From NCBI RefSeq assembly GCF_963921235.1, contig NC_086109.1, positions 36,024,001-36,088,000 on the forward strand: DNA of 64,000 nt. The letters run 5' to 3'. Shown one piece after another: positions 37,590 through 49,869 of this stretch. The notes beneath the pieces were generated by a model. That model was not told the DNA's origin. It was given only the letters and a program-made list of their open reading frames with translations, and ran no database searches. Each line of letters opens with the position of its first letter. The stretch's first letter is position 1. Source of the DNA: Mobula hypostoma (Eukaryota). A program made the translations under genes and the position numbers.

Positions 37590-40500
37590 TTTTAAACTGG
37601 GGACTAATGACATAGATAGGAGTAGAGATGAGGTCCTGAAGAAGGAATATAGGGAGCTAGGAAAGAAGTTAGAAAGCAGGACCTCAAGCGTGGTAATCTC
37701 GGGGATTGCTGCCTGTGCCATGAGACAGAAAGGGTAGGAACAGGAAGTTATGGCAGATGAATGTGTGGCTGAAGAGTTGGTGCAGGGGGCAGGAGTTCAG
37801 ATTTCTGGATCATTAGGATCTCTTCTGGGGAAGGTCTGACCTGTACAAAAAGGACAGGCTGCACCTGAACTGGAAAGGGACCAATATCCTGGTGGGCAGG
37901 TTTGCTGGAGCTGTTGCGGAGGGTTTAAACTAGTTTAGCGGGGGGTGGGAATCAGAATGTGAGAGCGGAGATTAGGGTAGAAGGACAAGGGCATGATGCT
38001 ATGTGTTCTGAGTTCGTGAGGAAGGTCAAAACATAAATGTAGCCAGTTAGAGGGGTTGAAATGTGACTATTTCAACACTAGGAGTATTAGGAATAAAGGG
38101 GATGAACTTAGAGCATGGATCAGTACGTAGAACTACGATGTTGTGGCCGTTACTGAAACTTGGTTGAAGGAAAGGCAGGATTGGCTGATGCAGGTACTGG
38201 GGTTCAAGTGTTTAGAAATGAGGTAGAAAAGTGGGGGAGTAGCATTACTGGTCAGGGATAGTATCATGGCTATCAAAAGGGAGGATGCTGCAGAGGGAGT
38301 ATCCACTGAGTCGGTGTGGGTGGAAGTCAGAAATAGGAAGGGTTCAATCACTGTCTAGTAGTCTATAGGCCCCCAAATAGCCCTCGGGACACTGAGGAGC
38401 AGATAAGCAGGCAGAGTTTAGAATGTCACAGGAAATACAGGGTTGTAGTTATGGGTGATTTCAACTTCCCTCATATTGACTGGCACCTCCTTGACTGCAA
38501 GGGGGATAGATGGGGCTGAATTTGCCAGGTGTGTTCAAGAAGGATTCCTGACACAGTATGTGGACTGGCCGATGAGAGGAGAGGCCATACTGGATCCAGT
38601 TCTGGGTAATAAACCTGGTCAGGTGGTAGACCTCCTGGTGGGGGAGCATTTTGGTGGGAGTCACCACAACTCCCTTAGCTTCAGCATAGCTATGGAAAAG
38701 GATAAAAACAGACAAAATGGGAAAGTGCTTAACTGGGGAAGGTCTAACTATGAAGGGATGAGGCAGGAACCAGCGAGAGTAAATTGGAAACAGATATTCT
38801 AGGGTGAAAGCACAGAATTAATGTGGAGGAAGTTTAGGGACCACTTGTGCTGGGTTCAGGATAGGTTTGTCTCACTCTGACAAGGAAAAAAAAGATAGGA
38901 AAAGGGAACCATGGCTGACGAAACACGAAAGGCAACTCGTCAAGAGGAAGAAGGAAGCATATGTTAGATATAAGAAGCAGGAAGCAGGAGGGGCTCATGA
39001 GAAATATAGGATAACCCGGAAGGAGCTTAAGAAAGGACTTAGAGAGCTCGAAGGGGGCATGAGAAGGCCTTGGCATGTAGGATTAAGGAGAACCCCAAGG
39101 TGTGCTATGCATATGTGAAGAACAGAAGGATGACAAAAATGAAGGTGAGGCGCTAAAGGATAAAGAAGACAAAATGTGCCTGGAGGCGGAGGAGGTTGGG
39201 GAGGTCCTAAATAAATACTTTGCTTCAGTATTCACAAGTGAAAAGGACCTTGATCAGGGTGGGGTTGAAATAGAACAGGCCTGTGTGCTGGACAATGGAG
39301 ATTAAGGAAGAAGTAGTGTTGGATCTTCTTAAAAGCATCAAGATTGTTGAGTCCCCAGGGCCGAATGTGATATACCCCAGGATGCTGTGGGAAGTGAGAG
39401 AAGAGAACACTGGAACAGTAGCTATGATCTTTGAATCCTCTTTGGCTACAGAGGAGGTGCCAGAGGATTGGAGAATGGCAAATGTAGTTCCCTTGTTTAA
39501 AAAAGGTAATAGGGAGAATCCTTGGAACTGTAGACCAGTGAGTCTTACCTCAGGTGGTCTGCAAACTATTGAAAAGGATTCTTAAGGATAGGATCTACGA
39601 GCATTTGGAGAAGTACAGTCTACTCAAGGATAGTCAACATGGCTTTGTGAAGGGAAGGTTGTGCCTCAAGAGCCTAATCGAGTTTGTTGAAGAGGTCACA
39701 AAAGAAATTGATGAGGGTAGGGTGGTGGATGTGGTCTACATGGATTTTAGCAAGGCATTTGACAAGGTCCCCCATGAGAGATTCATCCAGAAAGTCATGA
39801 GGCATGGGATTAGTGGAACCTTGGCTGTTTGGATAAAAAATTGACTTACAGGAAGAAAGCAGAGGGTAGTAGTGGAAGGAAAGTATTCTGCCTGGAGGTG
39901 GGTGACTAGTGGAGTGCCGCAAGGATCTGTCCTGGGACCCCTGCTCTTTGTGATTTATAAAAATGACCTGGATGAAGAGGCAGAAGGATGGGTGAGTAAG
40001 TTTGCGGATGACATGAAGATTGGAGGAGCTGTGGATGGAGCTGTAGTTTGTTGAAAGTTACGAGGGGATATAGACAGGATGCAGAGTTGGGCAGAAAAGT
40101 GGCAGATGGAGTTCAATCCGGATAAGTGTGAGGTGATGCATTTTGGAAGGACAAACCAGAACGCTGCGTACAGGGTTAATGGTCGGTTACTTAAGAGTGT
40201 CGATGAACAGAGGGACCTTGGGGTTCAAATCCGTACATCCCTCAAGTTCGCTGCACAGGTTGATAGGATAGTTACGAAGGCCTATGGGATGCAAGGCTTC
40301 ATTAATAGGGGGATTGAGTTCAAGAGTAGAGAGGTCATGTTGCAACTCTACAAATCTCTGGTGAGACCACACTTAGAGTATTGTGTTCAGTTCTGGTCAC
40401 CTCATTATAGGAAGGATGTGGAAGCTATGGAGAGGGTGCAGAGGAGACCTACAAAGATGTTGCCTGGATTGGAAAACAAGTCTTATGAGGCAAGGTTAGC

Positions 40501-40925
40501 AGAGCTGGGACTTTTCTCTTTGGAGCGTAGAAGGATGAGAGGGGACTTGGTAGAGGTCTTACAAGATTATGAGAGGCATAGATAGGGTGGATAGCCAGTA
40601 CCTATTTCCTAGGGCATGAATAGCAAACACCAGAGGGCATATGTACAACGTTAAGGGAGGGAAGTTTAGGGGAGTTATCAGGGGTAAGTTTTTTACACAG
40701 AGGGTTGTAGGTGCCTGGAATGACTTGCCAGGGATGGTGGTGGAGGCTAAAACATTAGGGGTATTTAAGAGCCTCTTGGACAGGCACATGGATGAAAGAA
40801 AAATAGAGGGTTACGGGGTAATGTGGGTTTAGTACTTTTTTTTGAGGAATATATGGGTCAGCACAACATCGAGGGCCGAAGGGCCTGTACTGTGCTGTAG
40901 TATTCTAGTGTCTAGTGTCTAGTCT
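37590..40925 (+). mobile_element. Near-full-length CR1 LINE (ORF1 SGNH esterase remnant + ORF2 APE-RT), inactivated
   Basis: GTNDI and DRLHLN (ORF1); [45 protein letters not shown] (ORF2); (TCTAGTG)n tail; multiple stops and frameshifts. Confidence 0.95.
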
Positions 40926-41180
40926 CTAGGAAAAACTTCTTCATCCAGAGAGTGGTGGATATATGGAATGCTCTGCCCCAGAAGGCTGTGGAGGCCAAGT
41001 CTCTGGATGCTTTCAAAAAAGAGATGGATAGAGCTCTTAAAGATAGCGGAATCAAAGGTTATGGGGATAGGGCAGGAACTGGATACTGATAGTGGATGAT
41101 CAGCCATGATCACAGTGAATGGCGGTGCTGGCTCGAAGGGCCAAATGGCCTACTCCTGCACCTATTGTCTATTGTCTATT
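40926..41180 (+). mobile_element. Second CR1 3' end abutting the first
   Basis: FFIQRVVDIWNALP-coding sequence, different 3' UTR, (CTATTGT)n tail. Confidence 0.85.
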
Positions 41181-41317
41181 AAAATTTAGCAGAAGAAATC
41201 CTAAACAGATAATTCAACACAGAAAATTTTTGAAGCTTTTCCTTTCATTTGAAGAACTCAAAACATTACAGACAAATTGTAAAGAAAACTTCAGGTAACT
41301 AATTTTTGAAATAAGTT

Positions 41318-41472
41318 ACAACACACATCAAAGTTGCTGGTGAATGCAACAGGCCAGGCAGCATCTCTAGGAAGAGGTATCTAGAGATGCTGCCTGGCCT
41401 GCTGTGTTCACCAGCAACTTTGATGTGTGTTGCTTGAATTTCCAGCATCTCCAGAATTCCTGTTGTTTTCTG
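41318..41472. mobile_element. Fold-back Penelope-derived mini-element
   Basis: 52-bp inverted arms (41319-41370 / 41381-41432), 10-nt loop; 14-bp direct repeat TTTTGAAATAAGTT on both sides. Confidence 0.85.
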
Positions 41473-41852
41473 TTTTGAAATAAGTTGTTTATTTCCTTTT
41501 CCTCTTTAGTATGACTGATGCATATTTACTTTAAATCCCCATCCATTCTGCTTACTTGCTTTGAAAAAAAATATTTGTTCTGGTGACACAAGCAGGGATG
41601 AAAACCAAATAGACCTGTCAGTGTGCTTAGGCTAGTGCCGAGGTGATATCAAACCTTTAATTTATTTTTTAATTTAAGAAAAATATCAATTCAGTGATTT
41701 TAAAGTCTGAGTGAAAAATATATCTATGCTAACAAAATAGAGAGTGTGAGAATGAGTTTGTTTATCTGAGTAACAAATCACTTGGCAACTGTTGAAATAT
41801 ATTCTATATTTTTAATTTAATTTGGAAGAACTTCTTGGAAAAGAAATCCAAA

Positions 41853-44280
41853 GAGTCACAGAGAGCACTACAACACAGAAATAGGCCCTTCAGCCCATCT
41901 AGACCATGCCAAATCATTATTCTGCCCAGTATCATCAACCCACACCTCGACCATAGCCTTTCATACCTCTCTCATCCATGTATCTGTTGTAATTGAAGCA
42001 CATCCACCACCTTCATTGGCAGTTACACATGTGCACGACTCTCTGAAGTGAAGAAGTTCTTCCTCAGGTTCCCCTTATATTTTCACCTTTCACTATTAGC
42101 CTATGATCACTAGTTCTAGCGTCACCCACGCTGAGTGGAAAAAGCCTGCTTGCATTTGCGTGATCCCTTTCCCACATAATTCTGCATGCCTCTGTCAAAT
42201 CTCCCCTAATTTTCCGACACTCCGTGGAAAAGAAGTCCTAACCTCTTCAACCTTTCCCTATGATTCAGGTCCTCAGACCCTGGCAAGATCCTTGTAAGTT
42301 TTTTCTATACTATTTCAATCTTATTGATGTATTTCCTCTAGTTAGCTGACCACAACTGCATACAATGCCCCAAATTTGGCCTCACTAAGTTCTTGTACAG
42401 CTTCAACATAATATCCCAACTCCTGTACTCAGTACTCTGATTAATGAAAGCCTATGTACCAAAAGCTCTCTTTATCATCCTATCTACCTCTGACATCAAA
42501 TGTTCCAAGTAAAATTTATTACCAGAGTACTTACATGTCATCACATGTAACCATGAGATTCTTATTTCTGTGGGTATATTTAATAAATCTATCGAACAGT
42601 AACAGTAAACAGGATCAATGAACTGTGCAAATGCAAATATAAGTAGCAATAATTAACATGAGCATGAAATAACAAGATGGAGTCCATCAGTTGTGGGAAC
42701 ACCAGAAATAGAATGAGTGCAGTTATACTCTTTTGTCCAAGAGCCTGATGGCTGAGGGGTAGTAACTGTTCTTGAACCTGGTAGTGCGAGTCCTGACAGA
42801 CTTGTACCTTCTACCTGATGGCAGCAGTGAGAAAAGAGCATGGCCAGGGTGGTGAGGACCTTTGATGGTGGATGCTGCTTTTCTATGAGAATGATTCATG
42901 TAGATGTGCTCAATGTTTGGGAGGGCTTTGCTCATGATATATTGGGCTGAATCCATGACGTTTTGTAGGATTTTCCACTCAAAGACATTGGTTTTCCCAT
43001 ACCAGACCGTACCGCAATTCGTCAATACACTTTCCACCATACGTCTATAGAAGTATGTCAAGGTTTTTGATGACACGCCAAATCTCTGCAGACTCCTAAA
43101 GAAGTAGAGGCACTGTCATGCCTTCTTTGCAATTACATCTATATGTTGAGTCCAGGATGGGTCCTCAGAGATAGCGACTTTAAGAACTTTGAAGTTACTG
43201 ATCCTCTGACAAGTACTGGCTCATGGACCTCTGGTTTCCCTCTCCTGAAGTCTACAAATAGTTCCTTGGTCTTGTTGACATTGAGTGAGAGGTTGTTGTT
43301 ATTAAACCACCCAGCCAAATTTTCAATCTCTCTCCTATGTGCTGATTCATCACCACCTTTGATACGGCCCACGCAGTGTTGTCATTAGCGAACTTATAAC
43401 TGGTATTGGAGCTGTACTTAGCCACGCAGTCAGAGGTAAGTAGAGTAAGGGGCTAAGCACACATCCCTGTGGTCCTCTGGTACTGATACAGATTGTGGAG
43501 GAGATGATTTTGCCAATCTGAAGTAGCTGGGGTCTGCAAGTGAGGAAACCCAGGATCCAATTGCCAAAAGGGTATTGAAGCCCTGGTCTTGGAGTTTACT
43601 GATCACCTTCAAATAATCATGTGCCTGTATTCCCAAATCCCTTTGTTCCACTGCACTCCTCAGTCCACCATGATTCATTGTGTAAGTTCTACCATGATTT
43701 GTCCTCCTGAAGTACAACATCTCAAAAGAGTCTGCATTAACTTCCATCTGCTATTCTTCACCCTAATTTTGCTGCTGGTCCAGATCCCACTGCAAGCTTT
43801 GATAGCCTTCCTTGCTGTCTACTAGCCCCCAGTCTTGCTGATCCAGTTTACCATATTATCATCCAAATTTATTTATTCAAAATATTTATATATTCTGACC
43901 CTTATAATGCCTTCCAATAACTTACCCACTACTGACATTAGGCTCACTGGCCTGTAGTTTCCAGCTTATTCTACTGACTTTCTTGAACAAGAGAACAACA
44001 TTAGCTATCCAAAGTACTCTGGCATCTCACTAATGGCTAAGGATCTCTGCCCGGACCCCTGCAATTTCTCCACCACACTCCCACAAGGTCCAAGGGGATA
44101 CTTTCTCAAGCCCTGAGGGCTTATCCACCCTAATTTGCCTCAAGACAGCAGGCACCTCATCTTCTGTAATCTTCATATAGTACATGACCTTACGACTGTT
44201 TTGCCTCAGTTTTGTAGATTCTGTACCCATCTTGCAAGTAAATATAGATGAAAAAATCCATTTAAGATCTCCTCATCTCT
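41853..44280 (-). mobile_element. Decayed CR1 split by a Rex1 insertion
   Basis: CR1 segments at 41853-42495 and 43604-44280 (QRDLGIQ; VLRQIRVDKPSG). Confidence 0.75.
42496..43603 (-). mobile_element. Rex1/Babar-like LINE fragment
   Basis: NNLSLNVNKTKELFVDFRR; FYRRMVESVLT...HPGHALFSLLPSGRRY. Confidence 0.88.
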
Positions 44281-46697
44281 ATTGTGCTGGTGGGGGAGGG
44301 TGAGCAATATTGTATTGGATTTGATTATAGAACCAATCTGTAACTATGTCTTTTTTCAATATAGAGTCATAGATATGGTCTAGAGAAGTAAATTATACAT
44401 CTGAAAGAGGATCTCGTTTAAAAAATAGGCACATAGATAGTAATAACTATTTAAACCTCATGATAGGAATTTGCAATCAGTTTGTTTCAATGTAAAATGT
44501 CCATTAGGACATGACATATTATGCCTAGTAATGTGATAATATTTTCATAGTCTAATTTTTTTTTATGTATGCATGCAAAGTTCTGGTTCTTTGTTTCTGT
44601 GGTTGAACCTTAAGATATTGTTTTTCACCAATTATTCAAAGTGTAGGGACCAATGAGTATTTCAACAGTTGCATATTGGATGTAATTATGCCTTCACTTG
44701 AAATTTTTATCACAGCAAAGGTAATTTAACTGAACACCTACACAGTATGACTCAAATATTTATTAAAAAAATAAGTTTGTGATGTTATAACTCATGCACA
44801 CCTCATAGATCTTATGTTAGTGAATTGTTTGTTCTATAACACCAATCGAACCAAGTATTTGCTTCAAAAATTGCTGCAATAGTTTTCTGGGGCATCATGT
44901 CTATCTGTTGATGCAGCTTCACTATTTTATCTTATGACTATTGCAATATATTTGTAACAATTCAGGAATGCATCACATGACATTGATTTGGAACATACTT
45001 CTTCAAAACATAGTGTGGAAAAGTCCATTGGCAAATTTTGAAAGGGAAAAAAATGAATGACTAACAAAAGAGGAAAAAAATGAAATTAAGTCAATTGGGT
45101 TTATCCCAGAAGCCAGAGCATAAAAATCTAAGTTGATACTGCCTTGTAACACTGAAGAAGACAACCAAGTGTTTGCCAAAATGATTTAATTATTTAGAAG
45201 TGCTTTTAAGTGTTTAAGTAATTATTAAAATGTAAATAATTAAAATATATTAATTGCTTATTTCATTTTTAATAGATTTGTGCTTCTAAATATCAGGAAC
45301 ATTCAAATGCATTCCAAAAGTTTGACAGGGAAGCTACATTTTTCTGTTTGTCAAAGGAAAAATAAAGTGTTACAGAAAATAAATATACAATACCAGACTG
45401 AATATACAAATCAAAGCACTGGATGTTGCACAGAAAAGCCATCATCTCTTGCACATTTCTTCAGTCTCCAGCTTCTTCGTGCTTTTGCTTATCTGTAATT
45501 ATCTACGCACATGAATGCTGCCTTTTTAGAGAGTAGTGGTTGGTTTTTAACATAGAGCCGAGCCAAAGTGACTTGGGTCAGGACAGCAGCACATTAGCAA
45601 GAATGAAAACAGTCTGGGACGATTGGGTCTGGGGGAGTGAAAGCAGTAGGATCATGAATACTATCATCCTTAAAAGGAGCAGAATATCTCTGCTGTCCAG
45701 AATTAACGACACCTTTGACATCAGCCCCCGCCCAGAGGCACAACAGGGATGCTTATAATCTATTGGAGAAGCTATTGTCAAGGTGCCTTGACAGCCTGGA
45801 AAATCTTTGGACAACAAGACTTCTGCCAAGATATGTGTTGTTATGTGCATCTGTGCAAGACTCCACCCTTATGCTACTTTAGAAGATGAGTCATTGAAAG
45901 ATGCTCTGTTCTGCGAGCTTATTAGTGAAGATGAACAACACTTCTCTGCTGGAGCAATTCCTGAGAGCAGTGATGCATTTGCTATGCAAATGCTTAACAA
46001 TTCAGGTGTATTTTTTTTTAACTTTCTGCAATTGAAATGTGATTTATTTTCCTGATAGTAAACACCTCTAGGTTTTTTGGCATCATTCCTGAGATTCACC
46101 CCTTCTAGAGTATTAGAATTATTAAGTCGCAGAGGGAGCTACTTGGATGATGGATCTCTTGCCAACACTTTGTAGAATAGCTCAATGGGTTCCATAACCT
46201 ACATTTCCTGTAGTCACGCAAATTATTTTCTTTCAAGCATCTGTGCCAATCAATTTAGAAAGCAATGGCTCATTTTGTACCTTCCATCCTGACATACAGC
46301 AGACTACAAATCATATATATTCTGCATTTAAAAAATCTTCCATTCTTGCATTAAAAAAGCCTTTCATTCGTCTGTATCATTGAATGGGAAGTGGATTTAA
46401 ATATGCATGTACTCTGCAATACTTGTAAGATTATTGAATATGTAGCATTGTGTCTAGATCCTTAGAGGCTGACAATTCATTCACTTTCTGATCTGATTGT
46501 ACCACGCGTTACAACAGTGGTGTGCAATAGAGCTGTGTGTTTGCACATGTCGAACCTTTCAGTAAGTGGGCTACAGCAGCAGACGATTACAAACATATGC
46601 TCAGTAGTCTCTGCATTAGATACATGAGTACCCAGTAAAGTGTTGACTGAATGTAGACGAGTTCAGCACAGGAACAGGCCTTCCAGCCAAACTACAC

Positions 46698-47241
46698 ACA
46701 GTGACCACTTTATTAGGTACTCCAGTAGCAAATAACGTGGCCACTGAGTTTATGTTTGTGGTCATCTGCTGCTGTAGCCCATCTATTTCAATAATCAATG
46801 TGTTGTATGTTCAGAGATGCTCTTCTGCCCGACTACTGTTGTAACACATGGTTATTTGAGTTACTGTCACCTTTCTATCAGCTTGAACCTGTCTGGCCAT
46901 TCTCCTCTGACCACAGTGTTTTCACCCCACTCACTGGATGTTTCTCTGTTTCACGTTTTTGCACAATTTTCTGTAAATGTTAGAGACAGTTGTGCATGAA
47001 AATCCCAGAAGATCAGCAGCTTCTGAGATACACAAATTGCCCTGTCTGGTACCGACAATCATTCCACAATCAAAGTCACTTAGATCGCATTTCCTCCCCA
47101 CTTTGATGTTAGGTCTGAACAAAATTTTGATCATGTCTGCATGCTTTTATCATTGAGTTGCTACCACATGAATGGCTGTTTAGATATTTGCATCAATAAG
47201 CAAGTATACAGGTGTACCTAATAAAGTGGCCACTGAGTGTA
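46698..47241 (-). mobile_element. Non-autonomous Tc1-derived DNA transposon
   Basis: TIRs (CACAGTGACCACTTTATTAGGTAC / GTACCTAATAAAGTGGCCACTGAGTG); DLSDFDCGMIVG remnant. Confidence 0.85.
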
Positions 47242-47510
47242 ATCATACTAATAATTATAAACCTAATAAATTAGTCCCTTCTGATTACACGTCCATATCT
47301 CTCCATTCTTTGGATATTAATTTGTTTAGCTAAGAGTCATTTAAAACACTTCTACTACATTTGCCTCTGCTACCATCCCTGGTAGCTCATTTCAAGCACC
47401 CACCAGTCTCTATCTAAAAACACAACCATGTATTGCACATCTCCTTCAAACTTCCACCCTCTCAGCTTAAACACATCCCTTCCGCATTAAATATTCTTGC
47501 TCCTTTTGTA

Positions 47511-47668
47511 CCTTGGGACGAATCGGGCAGCAATTTTGCCGTTTCCATATGAGGCTGAGTTACCAGCTCGATGCTCAACCCAGCACGGATGGGTGTAAGG
47601 AGTCGGCTGGATTTTAACTCGGGACCATTCTCCTCGAAGTCCGGCGCTGATGCCACTACACCAATGGC
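47511..47668 (-). mobile_element. tRNA-derived SINE
   Basis: Minus-strand head GCCATTGGTGTAGTGG (A box) ... GAGTTAAAATCC (B-box-like), followed by a non-tRNA body. Confidence 0.65.
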
Positions 47669-48483
47669 TGGAAGTATTAAATGTAGTCAACTAATAAAAA
47701 CTTCAAAAGAATCTTTTTTATCACCAGATTGAAATTGAATGGAATTTTAAAAATTGTTACTTAATATATCTAAAATATCTCACGTAAAAGCATTTGCTTT
47801 GTTTAATTCATGAAAAGTAATAAATATTTATTCATGGTGAAGTAATTTGTAGTTTCCATGGATATATTGATAACAGTTTAAAGTGAATCAGTAGCAATTG
47901 TGCACAAGTAATTCCAAATACATCCTGCTTATATATAAAAAATATTTGCAATTCCCGTTCATTCACTTGATAAATAAGAGCCCTGTGAGCCTGCAAATGG
48001 CATAATTATGATGGATCATATTTGAAGGAATCTGCAACCTGGCAATGTTGTGGCATTGGAATAACATTATGGATGCTTCTGCCATTTGGATTATTGTTGA
48101 ATATTTATAAATAATGTTGAACATTTGAGGACAAAATGAGAGGAAGGAAAAGGTCAGGTAACACACCTATCGCAACTTCAGAGAAACATTACCATCATTT
48201 TCCTATTGGCATGTAATCTCCTGAAAGAGACAGAGAAAAAGTATTCAAGGTGAGGGGAAAATATATATGGAAAAATTCTCTCTGTCATTACTTGGACTTA
48301 TTGATCTAATACATGTTCATGGTGAATTAACTATCCTTTAACATGATACCATATTGCCATTGTATTTGATTCCAACAGCATGTCCAGTCTCTGATCCAAC
48401 CACTTGTTGCTGAAATCCTCATCCATTCCTTTGTTGTTACTGATCTGTCTATTTGAATCACTCCTGGTATCTTTTTATCTGCT

Positions 48484-48620
48484 AAGTCCTGCAGAAGGGT
48501 CTCAGCCTGAAACATTGACTGTACTCTTTTCCCATAGATGCTGCCTGATCTACTGTGTTCCTTCAGCATTCTGTGTGTGTTGCTTGGACTTCCAGTATCT
48601 GCAGACATTCTCTTGTTTGT
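48484..48620 (+). mobile_element. Short Penelope-like terminus with hammerhead remnant
   Basis: agtc-ctgcaga-agggtctcagcct-GAAA-c-ATT-gact, then the standard terminus. Confidence 0.7.
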
Positions 48621-49622
48621 GATCTTCCCATCTTTCAGCTTTCTATTAAATGACTCTCTCCGTAAATTTTGTTGTTCCTGTCCTAACTTGCAACAAATTT
48701 ATCAACCTCTGTATACACTAGTCTACTAGTGGGCTAACAACCCAGCTTCTTGATTATTTCACACGCCTTTGTTGCATATCTTGGAAGTTCAAGCTACTCC
48801 AGTACAGTCAATGTTTCTGGCCGAGGCCTTTCAGCAGGATCCTCTCAGCCTGAAATGTTGACTGTACTCTTTTCCATAGCTGGTTCCTCCAGCATTTTCT
48901 GTGTGTTGTTCCTAACTGTGCCTTGTGTTCAAACCTCCTTATTAGATCTGGATAAACACAGATGCGAGCCATGGACAGCAAGCTGATCCCAGATTTATTC
49001 AGATCGATTCAGTGTTGTCATTTTTCTTAAGTTGTATTCATTTAATAAAATATGGAAGGATAAGTGTTCCTTGATAGCCTGTTAGCCCCCACACAAATGA
49101 TTGCTGGTTCACTTCAGGAGTTGTTGATAGTGGAATCTGCCAATCTCAATTATGATCAGATTTATCAGTTTGCAGCCAAGCAGTTCAGTGGATTATAATA
49201 AACATAGGATCATTTGGGAACTAAAATCTTATTGACTTCTTTCCTGCAACACTGACTGCCATTATTCATATGCAAAGTTGTATGTGGACATGTGAAAATG
49301 GAGATTATGCAGGCAATTAACATTTTATAACATAATCAAAAGTTATAGCTAATAACAGGCTTCATACAGCCTCATTGTCGTAGTCATAGTCATACTTTAT
49401 TGATCCCGGGGGAAATTGGTTTTCGTTACAGTTGCACGGTTACAGTTGCTCATAGAATGTGCTGAAGAGCTTCCAAACCAAAGGTTTGATCCTCTTGTAA
49501 TGAAGAGACAGCAACTTATAGTGTGTGTATGTATGGGCCAGCAACTTACTGCAATACATTGAAAACCAAAATGCACAGATGGAACCTGTTAACTGAAAAG
49601 TGTATGTCCTTTTTTCTTTCAG

Positions 49623-49869
49623 ATGTATATTCAAACCACCACTTTGACTATTTCCATAAATCTGAGTGCTTCTGTGTCGCTCGGCATGCTGTATATGCCC
49701 AAAGTTTATGTAATCCTCTTCCACCCAGAGCAGAATGTGCAGAGGCGCAAGCGCAGTCTGAAAGCTGTGGTGACAGCGGCCACAATGTCCAACAAGTTTA
49801 CCCAGAAAGGAAACCTCCGTCCTAATGGCGAAGCCAAAACTGAACTATGTGAAAGTCTCGAAACCCAAG
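49623..49869 (+). CDS. GRM4: Internal coding exon of group III metabotropic glutamate receptor (mGlu4): TM7 and proximal C-terminal tail
   Basis: [88 protein letters not shown] and SNKFTQKGN are mGlu4-type; acceptor tcctttttttctttcag at 49622 (phase 0), donor G|gtaaag at 49870 (phase 1); 247 nt. Confidence 0.93.

Noticed and set aside
47595..47668. Possible tRNA gene on the minus strand
   Set aside because: Degenerate B box, no convincing acceptor stem, and it runs into a SINE body.
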